A stretch of 64,000 nt of DNA from Candidatus Moraniibacteriota bacterium (GTDB lineage: Bacteria; Patescibacteriota; Minisyncoccia; Moranbacterales; UBA1568). Shown one piece after another: positions 54,774-64,000 of this stretch. Numbering within the stretch: position 1 is the first letter of the stretch; each line of letters begins with the position of its first letter. The stretch is from the NCBI GenBank assembly GCA_963743885.1, contig CAVURJ010000001.1:566321-630320 (forward strand), read 5' to 3'. The notes under the pieces were generated by a model. The model did no database searches. It was given only the letters and a program-made list of their open reading frames with translations, and was not told where the DNA came from. Made by a program: the position numbers and the translations under genes.

Positions 54774-55922
54774 ATGCTGACAATTATCATATTTGTGGTC
54801 ATATTAGGATTACTGGTCTTCGTCCATGAGTTCGGGCATTTTATCACGGCCCGCTGGAACGGGATCAAGGTGGATGAGTTCGGTTTCGGTTTTCCGCCGC
54901 GTATCGGTGGCTTCGTGAAGGACAGCGTGACCGGCAAGTACCGCTTCATCCTGGGCGACAAGGACGAGCGGAGCGAGCATACTATTTACTCGATCAACTG
55001 GATTCCGCTCGGCGGCTTCGTCCGCATCGAAGGGGAGGATGGCGGGCATGCGGATGATCCAAACAGCTTCGTGAATAAGCCAGCCTGCGTCCGTGTGCTC
55101 GTGCTGGCTGCCGGCGTCCTCATGAACTTCTTCCTCGCTTGGATACTGTTCTCTGTTGTTTTTGGTCTCGGGCTGCCGCAGCCGATCGATGATGCTGATC
55201 GCCACCTGTATCCGGATGCCCGCGTTCAGATCGTTGATGTCCGTCGGGATTCGCCAGCCTCCGCTATGGGTCTCCAGCCGGGCGATGCCATCGTGGCTAT
55301 CGAAGGTGTGAAAGTCGATGGTCTCCAGTCCGTGAGCGATATTATCTCGGCCAACAAGGGCCGTGAGATTGCTGTCGAGGTGGACCGTTTCGGCAAGGAC
55401 ATGACACTCCGCGGCACGCCGCGTATGGAGTCTCCGCAGGGGGAAGGTGCTCTCGGTATCTCGTTCTCCGAGACAGCGACGGTTTCGTATCCGTGGCACG
55501 AGGCGATCCTTCATGGCGCCCAGGCGACGTATACGGTCACGGTGTCTATTCTCGAGGCGTTCGGTCAGATGATCGCATCGCTCTTCGGAGCACCGAAGGT
55601 TCCGATCGACGTCACTGGGCCGGTCGGCATTGTCTATATGACGAAGCAGATGAGCGACCTTGGAATCGCCTATCTCCTCCAGTTCGCAGCGCTCCTCTCG
55701 ATCAATCTCGGCATCATCAACATCCTGCCAATCCCGGCGCTCGATGGCGGCCGCATCCTTTTCGTGCTCATCGAGAAGCTGAAGGGGAGTCCGGTCAGTC
55801 GGAAGATAGAGGGGATGATCCATCAGGTCGGCTTCATTCTGCTCCTGCTCCTCATGCTCTTCGTCACGATCCGCGATTTCTCGCAGTTCAAGCTTCTGGA
55901 GAAGCTTACGAGCTTTTTTTAG
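54774..55922 (+). CDS. rseP: Site-2 protease, RseP-type M50 zinc metalloprotease with a PDZ domain
   Basis: HEFGHF zinc motif within TM1, a PDZ domain (GLQPGDAIVAIEGVKV), and the C-terminal LDGG motif (PALDGGRILF). Confidence 0.85.
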   Translation: MLTIIIFVVILGLLVFVHEFGHFITARWNGIKVDEFGFGFPPRIGGFVKDSVTGKYRFILGDKDERSEHTIYSINWIPLGGFVRIEGEDGGHADDPNSFVNKPACVRVLVLAAGVLMNFFLAWILFSVVFGLGLPQPIDDADRHLYPDARVQIVDVRRDSPASAMGLQPGDAIVAIEGVKVDGLQSVSDIISANKGREIAVEVDRFGKDMTLRGTPRMESPQGEGALGISFSETATVSYPWHEAILHGAQATYTVTVSILEAFGQMIASLFGAPKVPIDVTGPVGIVYMTKQMSDLGIAYLLQFAALLSINLGIINILPIPALDGGRILFVLIEKLKGSPVSRKIEGMIHQVGFILLLLLMLFVTIRDFSQFKLLEKLTSFF

Positions 55923-56091
55923 ATGAATCGCTAGGCAGGCAAACCTTTCCGGTGAGTGCTCATCGTTTTTCGATTGTAGAATACAGAAAAATCCCTAATA
56001 TAAGGGATTTTTCGTTATACCATCTTGACAGATGTCTATTTTTTTGATACAATGAACGGTTTCAAGTATAAAGAGTTGTCATATCCATACT

Positions 56092-56745
56092 ATGAATTTC
56101 GTACGGAAACAGCCGCTTTCGTCGGTCATAAGGAAGAATGTTTCGCGGGCAGTCGTGCTTGGTATTTTGCTTGCCTTCGTTTCAATCGCGTTCATGTTTG
56201 TGATGCAGTCGAAGTACCGTGCGGATACGGATTTTCTTATCGTCCAGGTCGGATCGGAGAATAAGGATTTCTATACGCTCTTCAAGTCATCCGAGTATCT
56301 TGGCAACGTGTTTTCGAATGCCGTCGGTAGCGAGCGCTTCATCGATGCGGTCGCAGAGACTGGCGCTCTCAGTTCCAAGACGCTTCCAGCCGGAAAGTCT
56401 GACCGATTGAAGGTATGGCGCGATATGGTATCCGTCAAAAACAACCTTGATATCAGCGTTATGTCAGTGACGGTGAAGGCTGCGAACGAGCGCGATGCTG
56501 CGCGCATCGCTTCAGGTGTCGCTCAGGTGCTCATTGAGAAGAACTCGCTCTTCCGGAGCGGTGATGAGAAGAGTGTCGAGATCCGCACGCTCTCTGGTCC
56601 GATCATCAGGTACAACCTCGGATCCGATAAGGTTGGAGCAGCGGCAGTTGCCGGCTTCTTTGCGGGTTTCCTTATCGTGCTCCTTTCCGCTGTCATCAGG
56701 AATGAGACTCGTTCCGGACGCGCAGAATATCCGGACGCCGAATGA
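56092..56745 (+). CDS. Wzz/PCP-like chain-length determinant domain protein, paralog of the gene at 29977
   Basis: N-terminal and C-terminal TM helices bracket a soluble domain. The C-terminal helix is AAAVAGFFAGFLIVLLSAVI. Confidence 0.45.
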   Translation: MNFVRKQPLSSVIRKNVSRAVVLGILLAFVSIAFMFVMQSKYRADTDFLIVQVGSENKDFYTLFKSSEYLGNVFSNAVGSERFIDAVAETGALSSKTLPAGKSDRLKVWRDMVSVKNNLDISVMSVTVKAANERDAARIASGVAQVLIEKNSLFRSGDEKSVEIRTLSGPIIRYNLGSDKVGAAAVAGFFAGFLIVLLSAVIRNETRSGRAEYPDAE

Positions 56746-56869
56746 GAAGCATAGTCTTCTGGACGGGGAGTGTTATCCGGCAGGGATAATACTCCTGATC
56801 CAGGAGGGTAATAGACTCCCGAAAGTAGCTTAACAATCTCAATTCATTGCGAAAGAAAAGGAGGACATC

Positions 56870-58027
56870 ATGTCCATGCTGAGAAGGATCGTATTACCGC
56901 TGTTTATCGCAGCGAGCGCGGCCCTCTCGGGCTGCGCGACCAACCCTCGCTTCGATACGTCGCTTTCGAGCAATCGTATCAGCGGGGAGGGTGTTTGTGA
57001 GGTTCCTCAGCACTGGAAGGCGCTTGCGCTTGAAGGTGTGAGGACGAGCGATCTCTCGCGAGCTACCGTCGTGCAAGTCGCTATGACGCCAGAATGGATC
57101 GGTGACGCCCTCGGGTGGCCCGTTCCTATCAATGACAGGGAAGTGAGATATCTGCCTCGTCTTGTCTGGTCTGCTCTTCTGGTTACCAAATCTGGAGAGC
57201 AGCGGTTCTATCCGGCGATAGCCAAGAGCCCACTCATCAATCCATACTTCACCGTCGTGATCCCTGACCGTTCTGCGGCAGAGGTGAATGACGGCGATCG
57301 GATCATCATTCTGTCTGGGGCGCATACGAAGGCGCTCACGACGAAGGGGGATACCGTTTCGCTTCGCGCGGACAAGAATTGCATCAGTGCAATCGACGAG
57401 GGATTCTTCAACGACTTCCCGTCGCCTGCTTCTGGTGCCGTCGATCTCTCTGGCGATCATGCGATCATCCGGGATATCAAGAAGAAATTCCTTTGGCCAA
57501 AGCGTTCCGATGGTGTGGTGTATTCAGTGCATTCTGATGCGATGTCGCCGGAAGTATTCGGCGATGTGCGTCAGGCTACCTATGGCGAACGGTTCCGCAG
57601 CCACGGGGGAGGGAAAGTCTCTCTTCCGATCGGTGCGCTTCCTGCAGCCGTGGTGGTGGGCAATCTGCTCAATAACGTCGTGCCAGCAGTCCAGGCTTTC
57701 GATGAGCGGTATGTCGGTCCTTTCGGGGAGCGGCAGTATTCCGCTGAGGAGGCCGGAATGATCCTCGCGAGCAGCTTCAGGCAATATAGCACCTATGTCC
57801 ATGATCTCGAGCGCAGGCTCGGCAGGGAAGAGACGCCGCTTGCGGCTCCAGTAGTCTCTTTTGAGGGCAGCCGTTCCGGATGGCAGATCGCTCGTGACCT
57901 TTACCTCGACATCGAGGATATGTGGTCACGAGTAGAGGCTCTCAGGGCGGCATCCGTCAGAAGCAATCCAGTCCAATCGACCGGACTGCTTGCTGGCGGT
58001 CCGAACTCACAAGGAGAGAAGAAATGA
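56870..58027 (+). CDS. Hypothetical lipoprotein
   Basis: Signal peptide and lipobox ALSGCAT. No domain recognised. Confidence 0.45.
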   Translation: MSMLRRIVLPLFIAASAALSGCATNPRFDTSLSSNRISGEGVCEVPQHWKALALEGVRTSDLSRATVVQVAMTPEWIGDALGWPVPINDREVRYLPRLVWSALLVTKSGEQRFYPAIAKSPLINPYFTVVIPDRSAAEVNDGDRIIILSGAHTKALTTKGDTVSLRADKNCISAIDEGFFNDFPSPASGAVDLSGDHAIIRDIKKKFLWPKRSDGVVYSVHSDAMSPEVFGDVRQATYGERFRSHGGGKVSLPIGALPAAVVVGNLLNNVVPAVQAFDERYVGPFGERQYSAEEAGMILASSFRQYSTYVHDLERRLGREETPLAAPVVSFEGSRSGWQIARDLYLDIEDMWSRVEALRAASVRSNPVQSTGLLAGGPNSQGEKK

Positions 58028-59538
58028 AACGCATGTTGTTGTGGCTTGTTTGGCTTCTGGCATTCTTCGGAATGTCGGCAGTGCAGGCAGCCGAGCTGGC
58101 AACCCATGTTGTGAGACCTGGGGAAACGTTCGGCAAGATTTCCGGTGCGAATTGGAAGGCAGACTGCAAGCTGAACAAGCTTGCGGATTGCAACAAGATT
58201 CATGTCGGTCAAGTGCTAAAGCTAACTGCCGCTCCTCGTGCTCATAAAGCGCGTGTGGCAGCGGTCGTTCCTCATCCATCCTGTATCACGCTGGGAGTGG
58301 CGCCGTGGAATCCGGAGCATCAGCTCGAACGCACGCTCGCAGGCATCAACCAACTGACGACGCTCACGCCCGCACAAAAGGCGGTGGCGAAGCAGAAGGT
58401 AACGGCTGGTGAGAAGACGTCCGAGAATAAGCTGACCGGCCATACGGTCTTCCGTGAGATGCTCTACCAGAGTAAGGTGTTCGGCCAAGCTAAGCACGTC
58501 TACGACAAGCCGGTCTGCACTCCTGAAGAAGGGGGCAAGCCGGAAGTCATGGATACGTACGACCTGGGCGATGGCACTTATCTCGCTATACCGCGACGTT
58601 GTGGCAATCCGGCAGTCTTTATGAAGCCGGTTGCTCCGCCACCTGTTGAACTGAGGTCGCTGTCGAAGGAGGAAACTCCCCAGGCGCCGCCGCAGAAAGA
58701 CATCATCACTGAGCGGTACGACCCCGATTACGACCTGGCTGAATATGCCGGAGCGGATAAGGATGTCATGTTTGCCGGATTCGAGGGTGCCTACTACCCG
58801 CGTCCCAAGAACGTCGCGACCGGCCGTCATGCGGTTGGTATCGGCGTCAAGGGCGACTGGTGGGATGGACATACTCATACTGGCTTCCAGTATGACGGAT
58901 ATGCTTTTGCTCCAGGCCTGGCCTACAAGTGGTCCGGCAAGGATAGGCGTGATGTCAATCTGAAACTGCTCTTCGGTCGTGTGAAAGAAAACGGCCATCA
59001 GGGTGCCTACGAGAGCGACCAGTTGTATCGGTCGGTATGCCTTGCTTCCAACTACACGGACGCTTCGCGCGAACGTGAAGGCAAGAAGGCGCTTCCCGAA
59101 TGGACGTTCTGGATGAACTACTGCCAGCTGAAGGCCAAGAGTTATGGCCATACCTGGCAGGGTCAGCCGATCGCGGATACGTCCGCACTCGGCAAGTCCA
59201 CAGCGCTCGTGAGCATCGGTTTCAGGCTCTATCTTCATCGCGATCTGGAAACGGCCGGTGTCGCCTCTGGCGATGTCGCTCGCAAGCTCCAGCCGTTCTT
59301 CGAACTGGGTGTCAACCAGGAAGTTCCGATGGATCCTTCTGGCCATGCGTATCTCGGTGTCAGAACGTCCGATAAACTCTGGACGTTTGGTGCCGGGCCG
59401 CATTTCAGTCACCTGGGAACAGTCCTCGGTGCCGGCATCACGCATGATGGCGGCCGAGCGATGAAGATGTCGATCGAGAATGCCCGTTGGCAAGAGACCT
59501 ACAAGGCGCTCAAGGCCGAAGGTATCGATCTCGATTGA
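58024..59538 (+). CDS. Secreted LysM-domain protein with a large C-terminal domain of unknown function
   Basis: Signal peptide MKRMLLWLVWLLAFFGMSAVQA followed by a LysM domain (HVVRPGETFGKISG...IHVGQVLKL). An ATGA overlap joins it to the upstream stop. The ORF track starts the frame at 57922. Confidence 0.55.
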   Translation: MKRMLLWLVWLLAFFGMSAVQAAELATHVVRPGETFGKISGANWKADCKLNKLADCNKIHVGQVLKLTAAPRAHKARVAAVVPHPSCITLGVAPWNPEHQLERTLAGINQLTTLTPAQKAVAKQKVTAGEKTSENKLTGHTVFREMLYQSKVFGQAKHVYDKPVCTPEEGGKPEVMDTYDLGDGTYLAIPRRCGNPAVFMKPVAPPPVELRSLSKEETPQAPPQKDIITERYDPDYDLAEYAGADKDVMFAGFEGAYYPRPKNVATGRHAVGIGVKGDWWDGHTHTGFQYDGYAFAPGLAYKWSGKDRRDVNLKLLFGRVKENGHQGAYESDQLYRSVCLASNYTDASREREGKKALPEWTFWMNYCQLKAKSYGHTWQGQPIADTSALGKSTALVSIGFRLYLHRDLETAGVASGDVARKLQPFFELGVNQEVPMDPSGHAYLGVRTSDKLWTFGAGPHFSHLGTVLGAGITHDGGRAMKMSIENARWQETYKALKAEGIDLD

Positions 59539-59905
59539 CGCGCGCAATGAAGAGAAGTCGCGGAACTATGGTCCGTAAGTCTTATACAGTCTAAGGGTAA
59601 CCACCCCCGGAAACCCTCCCGAATGGGAGCGGTGATAAAAAGGTCTGTCCGGCACGTGCGCAAGCATCCGAGATAGGCGGCTATAAGCAGGCAAGAGAAG
59701 CGGCTTCGACGAAGCAATTACGAAGGGCGTTTTGGTGGAATTATACCATACGCCCTTTACTTTTTCCCTTTAAAAAGCAATTTTTATACTATTGACCCCG
59801 TACGAATTCTTTTTCTAGTTAGTGTTGACAGTGCGTTTGAGCTGATAGGCGACTTCGTCTCGAGATATCATTTTTTAGCTTGTTTATGCCGGAATTCGTA
59901 CGGGG

Positions 59906-59934
59906 TTGACAAAAATATCATTTGGGTGTATTAT
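59906..59934 (+). promoter_or_regulatory. Near-consensus sigma70 promoter: TTGACA, 17 nt spacer, TATTAT
   Basis: ttgacaaaaatatcatttgggtgtattat. It is immediately preceded by the right arm of a 14-bp inverted repeat (gaattcgtacgggg at 59892-59905), whose partner is ccccgtacgaattc at 59796-59809. Confidence 0.65.
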
Positions 59935-60043
59935 GTAGTGTCATCATCAGAAGGATCGATGGCACAGGTTTCAATGCAGTACCTTAACGCCAGAGATAGT
60001 ATCAACGGCACTCCCATAGCGCTTTTCCTAAGGAGGAATCCAA

Positions 60044-60673
60044 ATGCGCAAACTCGTTCTGTTGTTCCTGTCCCTGTTCGGCCTCGTCGGTCTGGCTCAT
60101 GCGGCTGGCAATCTTGACGGCGTCAGTGGTTTCGATGGCAAGTCGTCGGTCAATGATGGTCCGCTCGCACTGGCGTTTACGTCGGTTGCGGCCGATGGTG
60201 CCTACACCGTCACGGCCAACAACGTTGTTGGCATCTTTACCGAAAACCCCAGCATCGCTGCTGCGGTCGAGGTGAAGAGTCCCTACGACGATCAGCCCAA
60301 CTGGATCCTGAAGGCTCTGCCCCCTGGCTCCATGCTGTACGCGATGGGTCTCGGCGGCGAGTGGGGTGCCCTTGATGCCAACATCAATAACCTCGACCTT
60401 TCCAAGGCCAAGGCCAAGGGTGAAATCAAGGGTAGTACGGCGGTGCTTACCTTCGTGCGTCCAGCTGGTCAGACTTGCCGCGTGGTGAACTGGGTGATCG
60501 TATTGCCCGACGGCAAGCGCACCTGGGGTCCCAACGGCGACAACAACGAAACCGGCCAGCATTCGCCGAACTTCGTCAAGGTGGGCGGCAAGCCGGCCAC
60601 GGCCTGGTGCTTCAACGGCCCGCAGGTGGTCGCCATGGACGCGGACCGGAAGACTGGTCTCGCCAGCAAGTAA
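60044..60673 (+). CDS. Secreted protein of unknown function, probably strongly expressed
   Basis: Signal peptide MRKLVLLFLSLFGLVGLAHA, an AAGGAGG ribosome-binding site, a strong promoter upstream and a strong terminator downstream. No domain recognised. Confidence 0.5.
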   Translation: MRKLVLLFLSLFGLVGLAHAAGNLDGVSGFDGKSSVNDGPLALAFTSVAADGAYTVTANNVVGIFTENPSIAAAVEVKSPYDDQPNWILKALPPGSMLYAMGLGGEWGALDANINNLDLSKAKAKGEIKGSTAVLTFVRPAGQTCRVVNWVIVLPDGKRTWGPNGDNNETGQHSPNFVKVGGKPATAWCFNGPQVVAMDADRKTGLASK

Positions 60674-60700
60674 CAAGGCGGCAACGCCGTCTCGCAGCAA

Positions 60701-60741
60701 GGGCTCCCTCGATGTAACAATCGACGGAGCCCTTTTTCTTT
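60701..60741 (+). terminator. Rho-independent terminator
   Basis: 13-bp stem GGGCTCCCTCGAT / ATCGACGGAGCCC (one mismatch), then TTTTTCTT. Confidence 0.8.
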
Positions 60742-60889
60742 GTCTAAAAAGTTTTTTTGTAGTTTTTCAAGTAAGTCTGACAATGTACACAATCGCGAAA
60801 AGAGTCAGATACCACGTTTTGCTATAAGCTTACTTAAGTAAGTCTTACTATTTGTGCAATTGCTTAAATAGTAAGACTTGAAGTTTTCC

Positions 60890-62302
60890 TTACAAGCTTT
60901 TCGCTCGAGAAGTTTTTTCGTTTTGTGAGAGCGCGAGGAGCGATCCCAAAACGATGAAGAAGAGCCACTGAACCGGCGTGTTCTTGAAGACGTTGTCGGT
61001 GAGGGCCGAGAGTTCGAGTGCGAGGAAGAAGAGGATGAGGATGCCGTAGGAGAGACGGAGTACGCTTTCCGGTCGAGCGGCGAGGTAGCGGCGGACCATG
61101 ATGGTGAGAAGCGAGCCGAGATAGAGGATGAAGACGGCGAGCCCGACCCAGCCGCCTTCGACGAAGAACTTCACAAAATCGTTGTGTGGTTCGTTGGGGC
61201 CGAGCGCGGTGCCGCGGAGGCTTTCTGAGAAGCGGGGGAACGTATCGAAGCCGGTTCCGAAGAGCGTGATGTCCTTCTGTTTCGCATATTCTGTGACATC
61301 GTGCCAGAGTGTCTGCCGCCAGACGATCGAGCTGTCCGGACCGGGACGGAGGCTCTCGTCGACGCGGGCTTGGAAGGCGGGCGAGAAGAAGAGGAGTGCG
61401 GCGGGGACGAACATGAGTGGTAGGAGGAGGATGCGGTAGCGGAAGAGCGCGAGAAGAAGGATGAAGACGGCGAGCGCCACCCAGGCGACGCGGGCGAAGG
61501 TGAGGAAGAGCATGCCGGAGGAGGCGAAGAGGAAGAGAAGAGCGAAGAGCTTTTCCTCGCGGTCGCGAGCGTAGGCGACGAGGAAGAGTCCGGAGATGAC
61601 GATCAGCGCGAAGAGGTAGAGGCTGTAGACGTTTGGATGGCTGAAGGTGCCGAAGATGCGCGGAATGGAGACATTTTCGTCGGTGAGACCGATATGAAAA
61701 AGATACTGATAGATGCCGAAGCCGATCGGTAGGATGCCGGAGATGAGGATGGCTCGGAGTACCGCCCGGAAATGGTCAGCGTTCTTGATGGTGGCGTAGG
61801 CGAGAAAGGCGAGTGCGTAGAGGTCGAAGAAGCGGAGAAGTTCCTGGAGTGTGTTCTTCGGCGCGATGGAAGAGACGATGGTGAGGATGCCCCAGAGAGC
61901 CATGATGAGAAATGGGGTCTTGAGTGGGAAGCGGAGAAGTTTTTTCCGATAGAGGAGTGCGATAATGATCCCGAGCGCTGCGATGCCGATGCCGAGCATC
62001 TGTGAGAGCGAGAGTGTGATGCCGTAGAGTGTGACGCTCATGTATTGGGCGGAATAGTCGAGCGACATGCGGATGACGATGAGAAGACAGAGGAGCGCGA
62101 GCGGGGCGCGGAAGGCGAGAATGATGGCAGCCGCGGCGAAAGCGAGCGTGGCCGGGAGGAAGAGTGGTAGCTCGAGTCCGAGCGCTGCGACCACTCCGAA
62201 GGCGGCAAGGGTCAGGATAAATATCCAGAAGGAGGCTTGTCGGAGGATCGGTGTCGGTGTATTCATAGTGTGAGATGGTTTGGTGGCTGCCCCAATTCTC
62301 AC
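60890..62302 (-). CDS. O-antigen ligase / Wzy-like polymerase family membrane protein
   Basis: About 10-12 TM helices, and a Wzy_C-like motif GTFSHPNVYSLYLF in a periplasmic loop. Confidence 0.65.
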   Translation of the reverse strand: MRIGAATKPSHTMNTPTPILRQASFWIFILTLAAFGVVAALGLELPLFLPATLAFAAAAIILAFRAPLALLCLLIVIRMSLDYSAQYMSVTLYGITLSLSQMLGIGIAALGIIIALLYRKKLLRFPLKTPFLIMALWGILTIVSSIAPKNTLQELLRFFDLYALAFLAYATIKNADHFRAVLRAILISGILPIGFGIYQYLFHIGLTDENVSIPRIFGTFSHPNVYSLYLFALIVISGLFLVAYARDREEKLFALLFLFASSGMLFLTFARVAWVALAVFILLLALFRYRILLLPLMFVPAALLFFSPAFQARVDESLRPGPDSSIVWRQTLWHDVTEYAKQKDITLFGTGFDTFPRFSESLRGTALGPNEPHNDFVKFFVEGGWVGLAVFILYLGSLLTIMVRRYLAARPESVLRLSYGILILFFLALELSALTDNVFKNTPVQWLFFIVLGSLLALSQNEKTSRAKSL

Positions 62303-62333
62303 CGCGTATGAGAATCAGGTGGTTTTTTTTGTA

Positions 62334-62984
62334 TTATTTCTTCCAGATGACCGTGAAGGTCATCGGGAATCCGAAGAAGCGGTTCTTGATGAATGTGTAG
62401 TCCGTGATGCCGGAGTCGGCGAAGAGCGAGCGGAGTTCGCGCTCGGAGAGAAGATACATGTAGTCGCCGGCTGCCCAGCCTTTGCCGATCATGCGGAGGA
62501 GGGCGTCGAAGCGGCGCTTAGAAAGAATGAGGTGAAGGAGAGGTATTCTCGTATGGAGCTCGATCGGGAAGAGCCGGTTCGGAGTCGTCAGATAGCCGCG
62601 CTTGCTGATGCGGATGAGCTCGACGAGGAAAGCATGCTGTGCGTCGCGGCCGCCTACGTGCTCGATGACAGCGTTGGAGTAGGCGATGTCAAAGGCGTCA
62701 TCAGCAAAGGGGAGGGATTTTCCGTCGCCGGAAACAGTGTGGATCGCCGGGTAGCGCTTGGCAAAATCGCTCATATCACCTTCGCCGATAGCGGTGACTT
62801 GTTCTGGATAGGTGTAGTGCTTCTCAAGGTAGTTGTCGGTTGTCGAGTACTCCTTGGTGTTGACGCCGATATCAGCGATGGTTTCATGCGGTGCTGGCGC
62901 GATGAGCGCGAGAAACTGCGCGAATTTCCGTTCGCGGCTCGTTTTTGATACAGCGTAAGCGATGAGTTCAAGAAGCGATGACAT
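62334..62984 (-). CDS. Class I SAM-dependent methyltransferase
   Basis: Motif I IADIGVNT, and post-I / motif II LPFADDAFDIAYSNAVIEHV. Confidence 0.7.
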   Translation of the reverse strand: MSSLLELIAYAVSKTSRERKFAQFLALIAPAPHETIADIGVNTKEYSTTDNYLEKHYTYPEQVTAIGEGDMSDFAKRYPAIHTVSGDGKSLPFADDAFDIAYSNAVIEHVGGRDAQHAFLVELIRISKRGYLTTPNRLFPIELHTRIPLLHLILSKRRFDALLRMIGKGWAAGDYMYLLSERELRSLFADSGITDYTFIKNRFFGFPMTFTVIWKK

Positions 62985-63063
62985 GATTGATAGGATAATA
63001 TTGCGATGTTTCGTATTTTATTCTATAATCCCATAAGAAAGCCAAAAAGTCAACCGGATTTAT

Positions 63064-64000
63064 ATGAAGGTTCTTCTGATTAACAAGTATCATTTCTTGA
63101 AGGGCGGCGCTGAGCGCGCCTATTTCGATATGGCCAAGATGCTTGAGGCACGCGGTCATGAGGTCGCGTTCTTTTCGATGAAGCATCCGGAGAATATCAG
63201 GACGCCGTGGGAGAAGTATTTTGTGGAGAACGCCGAGTATCAGGATGGCAGCCAATCACTCTGCAAAAAGCTTGCGCTTGCAGCGAAGATTATCTACAGC
63301 TTTGAAGCGAAGCGCAATCTGGAGAAGCTCCTCGATGAGTTCCGTCCGGATATCGCGCATGTCCATAATATCTATCATCAGCTCTCACCGTCGATTTTCG
63401 CTCCGCTCAAGAGGCGCGGTATCCCGATCGTCATGACGCTACATGATTACAAGCTGGTCTCGCCGAATTACAGCCTCTTCGTACGTGGGAAGATCTGGGA
63501 GCACACATCGGGTCTCCGTTGTATCCTAGACCGCTCGGTGAAGGATTCATATGCGAAGAGCCTGGTCTGCGCGCTCGAGCAGTGGCTGCATGCACTTATC
63601 GGTAGCTATAGGAAAGTAGATGCCTTCGTTGCACCGAGCCGGTTCCTCATACAGAAGTTCAAGGACCTAGGTTTCCGACGGGAAATTAGCTATATACCCA
63701 ATCCGCTCGTTTCGGTGGATACGGCAGTTTCGGGCGAAGAGCGCGAAGTAGGTGTACTTCTCTCTTTTGGGCGGGTATCCAAAGAGAAGGGTATCGATCT
63801 GCTGATTGAAGCACTTGTGTCGCTCCCTGATAAAAAGCTCTGGGTAGTCGGAGACGGTCCTGATCGCGAGCGGCTGGAACGTCTTGCTGCTGAACGCGGT
63901 GTCGCCGGGCGAGTGAGGTTTTTCGGGGCTCTGTATGGCGATGACCTGGAGCGGATGAAGCAGCGCGCGCAGGCAATTGCTATACCGTCGGTTTGGTATG
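63064..64000 (+). CDS. Glycosyltransferase family 4 (3' end beyond the window)
   Basis: MKVLLINKYHFLKGGAERAYFDM N-terminus typical of GT4. The C-terminal domain is just beginning when the window ends. Confidence 0.75.
   Translation, partial: MKVLLINKYHFLKGGAERAYFDMAKMLEARGHEVAFFSMKHPENIRTPWEKYFVENAEYQDGSQSLCKKLALAAKIIYSFEAKRNLEKLLDEFRPDIAHVHNIYHQLSPSIFAPLKRRGIPIVMTLHDYKLVSPNYSLFVRGKIWEHTSGLRCILDRSVKDSYAKSLVCALEQWLHALIGSYRKVDAFVAPSRFLIQKFKDLGFRREISYIPNPLVSVDTAVSGEEREVGVLLSFGRVSKEKGIDLLIEALVSLPDKKLWVVGDGPDRERLERLAAERGVAGRVRFFGALYGDDLERMKQRAQAIAIPSVWY

Noticed and set aside
60833-60880. Perfect 14-bp inverted repeat AAGTCTTACTATTT...AAATAGTAAGACTT as the terminator of the Wzy-like gene
   Set aside because: It is not followed by a U-run on the minus strand. 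It may be an operator or another spacer palindrome, and its function is unclear.

Overview
This 64-kb window looks like a chromosomal segment of a small-genome bacterium, and a Patescibacteria/CPR-type lineage is a reasonable inference. The sequence is moderately GC-rich with several conspicuous AT-rich patches, and I found no CRISPR array, rRNA, transposase or integrase. Lineage clues: sigma70-type promoters, rho-independent terminators and a CIRCE operator. ProS is short with no editing domain, AspS is short with no GAD insertion, and a VirD4/TraG-like ATPase is paired with a membrane protein.

Most genes are housekeeping:
- aminoacyl-tRNA synthetases proS, aspS, lysS and serS
- ispH, frr, greA, rseP and htrA
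- clpB, which is interrupted by an apparent frameshift
- the mreB-mreC-mreD-mrdA cell-shape cluster, plus an FtsB/DivIC-like protein and a SurA/PrsA-like parvulin
- two Hsp100-family ATPases, one of them membrane-anchored

The accessory content:
- two glycan-biosynthesis loci: 25.1-33.4 kb has GT4 x4, an epimerase, a Wzz-like protein and a BioF/SPT-like PLP enzyme; 56.1-64.0 kb has Wzz-like, LysM, Wzy/O-antigen-ligase-like, methyltransferase and GT4 genes
- a second membrane GT-C glycosyltransferase operon
- two paralogous sensor histidine kinases with a REC-REC response regulator, and speH

The hunt turned up several things worth a second look:
- Three copies of a long-range inverted repeat whose 3' arm carries the start codon of a small membrane peptide upstream of ftsB, of mrdA and of lysS; arm sequences covary within each copy.
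- Three copies of an ~80-nt intergenic repeat with a conserved stem-loop.
- Low-complexity palindromic spacers at most gene boundaries.
- A tRNA-Val locus scrambled by partial tRNA duplications and a GC-rich palindromic insert present in both orientations, next to a low-GC islet.
- A double-glycine-leader peptide gene behind a perfect consensus promoter, next to a small 4-TM protein.
- A CIRCE operator upstream of clpB and a Cys/His-rich ORF.
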